Of a stretch of 64,000 bases of DNA, positions 59,906 to 64,000 are shown piece by piece; position 1 is the stretch's first letter, and the number at the start of each line of letters is the position of its first letter. The stretch spans positions 17,604 to 81,603 of the forward strand of contig JAURAC010000011.1 in the NCBI GenBank assembly GCA_030586555.1. The letters are read 5' to 3'. Position numbers and translations under genes: made by a program. The notes under the pieces are model-generated. The model ran no database searches. It was not told the origin of the DNA and saw only the letters and a program-made list of their open reading frames with translations. This stretch comes from Candidatus Subterrananammoxibius californiae (GTDB taxonomy: Bacteria; Planctomycetota; Brocadiia; Brocadiales; Subterrananammoxibiaceae).

Positions 59906-61489
59906 ATGGCATTTAAAACAAAGACTACTGTAGGATTGGAAGTTACTTGCTCTAAGGTTAAATTGGTTGAGATAGTCAGTTCAGCCATTGGTATGAAGAT
60001 TACCAAATTTGCGGTACTTGATTATCCCCAGGGTTGTATGAACAATGCTAACGCTGTCGAGCTCGCCAAAAAGATTGGCGAGTCCGCCTATCATTTTGGT
60101 GGACAAGTCAAGGATGTTATTGGGAGCCTTGATACCAAAGAAATCTATGGGGTTGTTTCCGACCCCCTTATTGAACACAGAATCGTATTGTTACCGCCCA
60201 TGACCAAACAAGAGATGTATGCGGTAACAAGGAGGGAGGCGAGCAAGGGTGGCGAAACAGCGCTTCTGGATGCTTCTTTTGGCTTCGATGTGGTGGGACA
60301 AATAGACAAGGGGGGTATCAAGAAGACTGCTGTTTTAATTGTGACTGCGCCGCATGGACTTGTAAAAGAACACTCACGTACAATGGAAGGCATGGGTATA
60401 TGCTTAAGAGGATTAACAATCGTTCCTCTTGCCCTATTTCACGCAATTGGGCAATGTAAGGAATGTGGTGAAGAGGACACAGCAGCATTTATATATGTAG
60501 GCATTAAAAATGCCTGTATTGTCATGGTAAACAATAGCTCTTTGCTTTTCTCCAGAGAATTCTCCCTTACACCAGGCGCTGAAGTAACCACAACAAATTA
60601 TGCTGGAAGGCTAACTGCTGAGGTCAAACGGTCCTGCCTTTACTTTAAGCAGCACTATAGAGGAAAGAAGGTTAGCAAGGGAATTTTGAGTGGAGACATA
60701 CAAGATTTGAGAAACCTTGCAAGCCTGCTTGCAAAAGAACTTGATATTGGGGTAGAGGTCTTTAGCGTTACTGATGGGCTTGAGATTTCCCTGCCAGATG
60801 AAAAGATGTCTGAATTTCAGAGTCTTATACCTTCTTTGGTTATCCCTATTGGTCTTGCCATTGCAGGGGTACGACAATCGAAGGTCAATCTTTTAGCACA
60901 GGATAAAATCGTTGGAAAAGGTATTTGGCATATAGATAGGATATTAAAGGTTGCTTCTATTATATTGCTCTTAATGCTTTTGGGTTCGTATCTATGGATG
61001 TCTATATCAAACTTTTGCACGCAAAGGACAAAACTAACTACTTTAAAGGCGCTGGAATACTTGAGTCCCGAGTTAGAAAATATTAATACTCTTCAAGGGG
61101 AAAGGCAAGAGCATGCTACAAGAATGCTTCTTATTGAAACACTTAACGCTCCCAGTCCACCTAAGGCTGATTGGTCTGAAATGCTTCGAGAGATTAGCTG
61201 GCTTGTACCGGATGATATTGTCCTTAACAAGCTGGAGGCAAAACAAGAAAAGGGCTTCGACCTGAGCTCAGCCGAAGGTCAAAGACGGCGTATAACTATC
61301 GAAGGTAAGGCAGGCACAAGGAACAGTTTTAATGAATTCCTGTCGCACTTACATAAGGCATCCTCCATGGCTGTAGGGGCACAATTTATCGTGCCCGATA
61401 AATCAGGGTTTGATAAATCAAAGGCTTCGACTGATCTCAGCCGAACGTCCCCCTACAACTTTGTAATTGAATGTGAAGTGAGGGAATAA
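59906..61489 (+). CDS. PilM-like actin-fold domain fused to a PilN-like TM/periplasmic domain
   Basis: VGLEV..SKVKLVE, IGLAI..., VNLL, then TM, coiled coil, WSEMLREIS..VPDDI.L. Confidence 0.7.
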   Translation: MAFKTKTTVGLEVTCSKVKLVEIVSSAIGMKITKFAVLDYPQGCMNNANAVELAKKIGESAYHFGGQVKDVIGSLDTKEIYGVVSDPLIEHRIVLLPPMTKQEMYAVTRREASKGGETALLDASFGFDVVGQIDKGGIKKTAVLIVTAPHGLVKEHSRTMEGMGICLRGLTIVPLALFHAIGQCKECGEEDTAAFIYVGIKNACIVMVNNSSLLFSREFSLTPGAEVTTTNYAGRLTAEVKRSCLYFKQHYRGKKVSKGILSGDIQDLRNLASLLAKELDIGVEVFSVTDGLEISLPDEKMSEFQSLIPSLVIPIGLAIAGVRQSKVNLLAQDKIVGKGIWHIDRILKVASIILLLMLLGSYLWMSISNFCTQRTKLTTLKALEYLSPELENINTLQGERQEHATRMLLIETLNAPSPPKADWSEMLREISWLVPDDIVLNKLEAKQEKGFDLSSAEGQRRRITIEGKAGTRNSFNEFLSHLHKASSMAVGAQFIVPDKSGFDKSKASTDLSRTSPYNFVIECEVRE

Positions 61490-61493
61490 AATC

Positions 61494-62069
61494 TTGAACC
61501 TTCGTACCAAAAAAAATCTAAATTATCTGCTTACGTTTTTACTCCTTATTGGGGTTGCAGTATTTGTTTACTTTTTTATCCCGGCGGTTAAGAGACTCAA
61601 GTCGGAAGGGTTGTTGGTAACTCAATTGCAGGAAAAACTAACAGGACAAAAACAGGCTATCGAGGTGTTCCGGTACCCCACCGAGGAAGAGAAACATTTA
61701 TGGAATGAGAGTAAACAAAGGTTGGAAGCAATGTGCCAGCTCGGCACCGATGCCATTTTATTTGAGGAGTTAGCTAAACACGCTGGATATTGCGATATCA
61801 GCGATATTATAATTACACCACAAGATTCGGTAGGGGCAGGTTTCAAACCTGCCCCTACAATGGAAGGATTGCCTCTTGGAGTAAAAGAAACCAAATCATT
61901 ACTAAAAATATCCTTTCACGCAGACCATGAGTCACTTGGCAAATTCCTACAGTGGTTCTATGAACACCCACACCAGACATCCATTCTTTCCCTTACCATA
62001 AAAAGGGAATTCCCCTTAGCTTCTGTAGAGATGGAGGTTGAGGCGCATCTACTTTCTTGCGATTTCTAA
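61494..62069 (+). CDS. PilO/GspM-like protein
   Basis: N-term TM, coiled coil, LKISF.A.HESLGKFL; operon position. Confidence 0.6.
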   Translation: MNLRTKKNLNYLLTFLLLIGVAVFVYFFIPAVKRLKSEGLLVTQLQEKLTGQKQAIEVFRYPTEEEKHLWNESKQRLEAMCQLGTDAILFEELAKHAGYCDISDIIITPQDSVGAGFKPAPTMEGLPLGVKETKSLLKISFHADHESLGKFLQWFYEHPHQTSILSLTIKREFPLASVEMEVEAHLLSCDF

Positions 62070-62107
62070 TACACGGCTTTTGTTACCATAGAGGCGTCCT
62101 TTCCCCA

Positions 62108-62136
62108 TTGACATTACCATTAATAGTGAGTAAAGT
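62108..62136 (+). promoter_or_regulatory. Sigma70-like promoter, probably giving a leaderless mRNA
   Basis: TTGACA-17bp-TAAAGT, ATG 6 nt downstream. Confidence 0.5.
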
Positions 62137-62142
62137 ATTACA

Positions 62143-62484
62143 ATGCCTAAGGAGTTGAATTTTACAGTCTTATTGTCACCCGAACAGCAAGATAGATTGA
62201 GGGTAATCGCTTTTAAAGAAAAGGGTAAGATAACGGGGTTCGTTGCCCAATATGAGGCTTTGATTGAGCATGATTGAAGACAAATAGTAAGATATGACAC
62301 AGCCCATAGTTTTGCTCATAAAGATATAATCCATCCAAACGGAGAAACTGTTAAACAGCCTCTGCCTTTTTTTGATTTTAATACAGCCTTTACATTTGCT
62401 ATTCAGGACCTTAAGGCATCATGGGAGTGGTATAGAAATGCTTATGAGGAGGAATTAAAGAAATGCTTTCCAAAGACCGAGTAA
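62143..62484 (+). pseudogene. Small RYDxAH-motif gene interrupted by an in-frame TGA
   Basis: MPKELNF...FVAQYEALIEHD*RQIVRYDTAHSFAHKD...KTE; TGA at 62275-62277, frame continues open after it. Confidence 0.7.
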
Positions 62485-62723
62485 TTAAAAAAAATCTTGA
62501 TTTGCTGAACGAATTTATGAAGTACGCCTTTGAACATCCTGAAGTACTGGATAAGATTCCTCAAGGGGCTGAAGTGGTTATATTGCCAATAGACGACCCT
62601 GAACTCTGTCATGAAAACAGAAAAACAGCCGATTCTCTCTTAAAAAAGGGTGAAAAGGTTGTTGTGGTTGAATTCGAAAGCCCCAAAACTATAGTACCAA
62701 AGATAGAGTTATTAACCACATAG
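62463..62723 (+). CDS. DUF5647-like protein (putative antitoxin partner)
   Basis: KNLDL..EF.KY..EHPE.LDKIP.GA.VV.LP.DDPEL; overlaps the pseudogene. Confidence 0.6.
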   Translation: MLSKDRVIKKNLDLLNEFMKYAFEHPEVLDKIPQGAEVVILPIDDPELCHENRKTADSLLKKGEKVVVVEFESPKTIVPKIELLTT

Positions 62724-62736
62724 GGGAAGGTAAGAG

Positions 62737-64000
62737 ATGGGAATTAAAAACAGGTTCAAAGCCACTTTTATCATAGCCGTTGTGCTGTTGGTTATCGGGC
62801 TGTTAACAAACCCCTCCCTTGCACAGGTGCGTAAATGCGATGGTGACTGCGGTGGTAAATATCATGGAAGAGAGCTTACTAAAAAGGAGCTTAAGAAAGT
62901 ACTCGCAGACCATGCAAAATGGGTTAAAACAGTCTACGAACCAGCCCTTAAAGCAGCCTATGAAGCAATCCTTAAAGCAGACCCTAAAGTGCCTGGGGAA
63001 GTATCCCCAGATAACCTTCCTCAAGCGGGGAGAGCAAATCTTTGTGGAGCCAAACTAATCTTTACTACTCTGGAAAGGGCAAACTTGAAGTTTGCCAACC
63101 TGAGCGGTGCAAATTTGTGGGCTGCCAACCTGAGCGGGGCAGATTTATGCAGTGCTAACCTGAGTGGGGCAAGTTTGTGGAATGCCGACTTGAGCAACAC
63201 CCACTTGTCTGATACCGACCTGAGTGGTGCCAACTTGTGGAGTGCCAACCTTAGCGATGCTAATTTGACGAATGCCAACCTGAGTAATGCTGCTTTGTGG
63301 AGTGCCAACCTGAGTGGTGCTGAGTTGATGCATGCCAACCTGAGTAATGCTAATTTGATGAATGTCAACCTGAGCGATGCTGACTTAGCTGAGGCAAATG
63401 TGGATTCTGTTATGTTTGTGCTTAAACCAGGGGCTCTCCCCAAAATTCTGAGTATTGCACGTGCAAGGAACCTATCCAAGATGCGGTATTTGATGTCACC
63501 GCACTCGTTACTGGAGTTGCGCGAGGCATTCAAGAAGGCAGGTCTGCGCCGACTGGAGCGTGAGATTACCTATGCAATTGAGCATACAAGGCGGCAAATG
63601 GAGTGGGAGAAAGGAGGTCGTATTCGCTCCGAACCATTAGGAGAAGGTCCTTTTATGCAACTAGTGCTGGAAGAAGGGGGGTTCTTAAGAAGGGTACAGA
63701 GTGTCATTAAATGGATAGTATTTGAGCTAACGTCGGATTATGGTTTAACACCACACCGACCGCTATTTATAATGGGTGGCTTCTTTATTATTTTCTGGAT
63801 TGTGTACTGGTTTGCTTTAAAACCACAAGGGCGCGCCGGGGTCTGGCAGTATTGGGAGAAAGACGGACCGATAAAGGACAAAGGTCAAGATACGCCTGTT
63901 AGAATAGGTTATAAGAAATGTAGCCTTCGCAGGGTTTGGTATGCCTTCTATTTCAGCCTGCTATCAGCATTCCATATTGGCTGGCGAGAATTCAATATAG
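62737..64000 (+). CDS. Pentapeptide-repeat protein with signal peptide and C-terminal membrane domain (3' end outside window)
   Basis: Manual translation: [18 protein letters not shown]..., ([10 protein letters not shown])n at ~63030-63400, then [22 protein letters not shown]; no stop before window end. Confidence 0.85.
   Translation, partial: MGIKNRFKATFIIAVVLLVIGLLTNPSLAQVRKCDGDCGGKYHGRELTKKELKKVLADHAKWVKTVYEPALKAAYEAILKADPKVPGEVSPDNLPQAGRANLCGAKLIFTTLERANLKFANLSGANLWAANLSGADLCSANLSGASLWNADLSNTHLSDTDLSGANLWSANLSDANLTNANLSNAALWSANLSGAELMHANLSNANLMNVNLSDADLAEANVDSVMFVLKPGALPKILSIARARNLSKMRYLMSPHSLLELREAFKKAGLRRLEREITYAIEHTRRQMEWEKGGRIRSEPLGEGPFMQLVLEEGGFLRRVQSVIKWIVFELTSDYGLTPHRPLFIMGGFFIIFWIVYWFALKPQGRAGVWQYWEKDGPIKDKGQDTPVRIGYKKCSLRRVWYAFYFSLLSAFHIGWREFNI

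Noticed and set aside
63021..63533. Minus-strand repeat ORFs (LRLALHK...)
   Set aside because: Antisense shadows of the plus-strand pentapeptide-repeat gene.

Overview
Bacterial chromosomal window; the gene content suggests an anaerobic Planctomycetota/Brocadiales-like organism, but that is an unverified inference. The first ~15 kb holds the most striking system, a radical-SAM RiPP locus resembling the SynChlorMet cassette. Its enzymes are ScmF- and ScmE-like SPASM proteins, an ScmC-like kinase-fold protein, an S26 peptidase, a third rSAM, an XRE-sulfotransferase fusion, an ABC exporter, a nucleotidyltransferase and a GT-C glycosyltransferase. It carries TEN paralogous precursor peptides with a shared leader (MGEE..K-rich..YExPxL) and hypervariable cores built from 3-5 CxxG(N/S) units. 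Seven of the ten lie in two divergent arrays preceded by a 92-bp inverted promoter duplication. The remainder is mostly housekeeping: flagellar export genes (fliOPQR-flhBAF-flhG-fliA), nifS, glutaredoxin, cytochrome c, degQ, scpB, rnfCDG, fbp, USPs, hutH and bioF. It also has several TA-like pairs, a type III RM system, MSHA/T4P-like genes and a pentapeptide-repeat membrane protein running off the end. Throughout, short palindromic (REP-like) elements and fold-back heptamer arrays occur in intergenic DNA and also in frame inside many conserved proteins.
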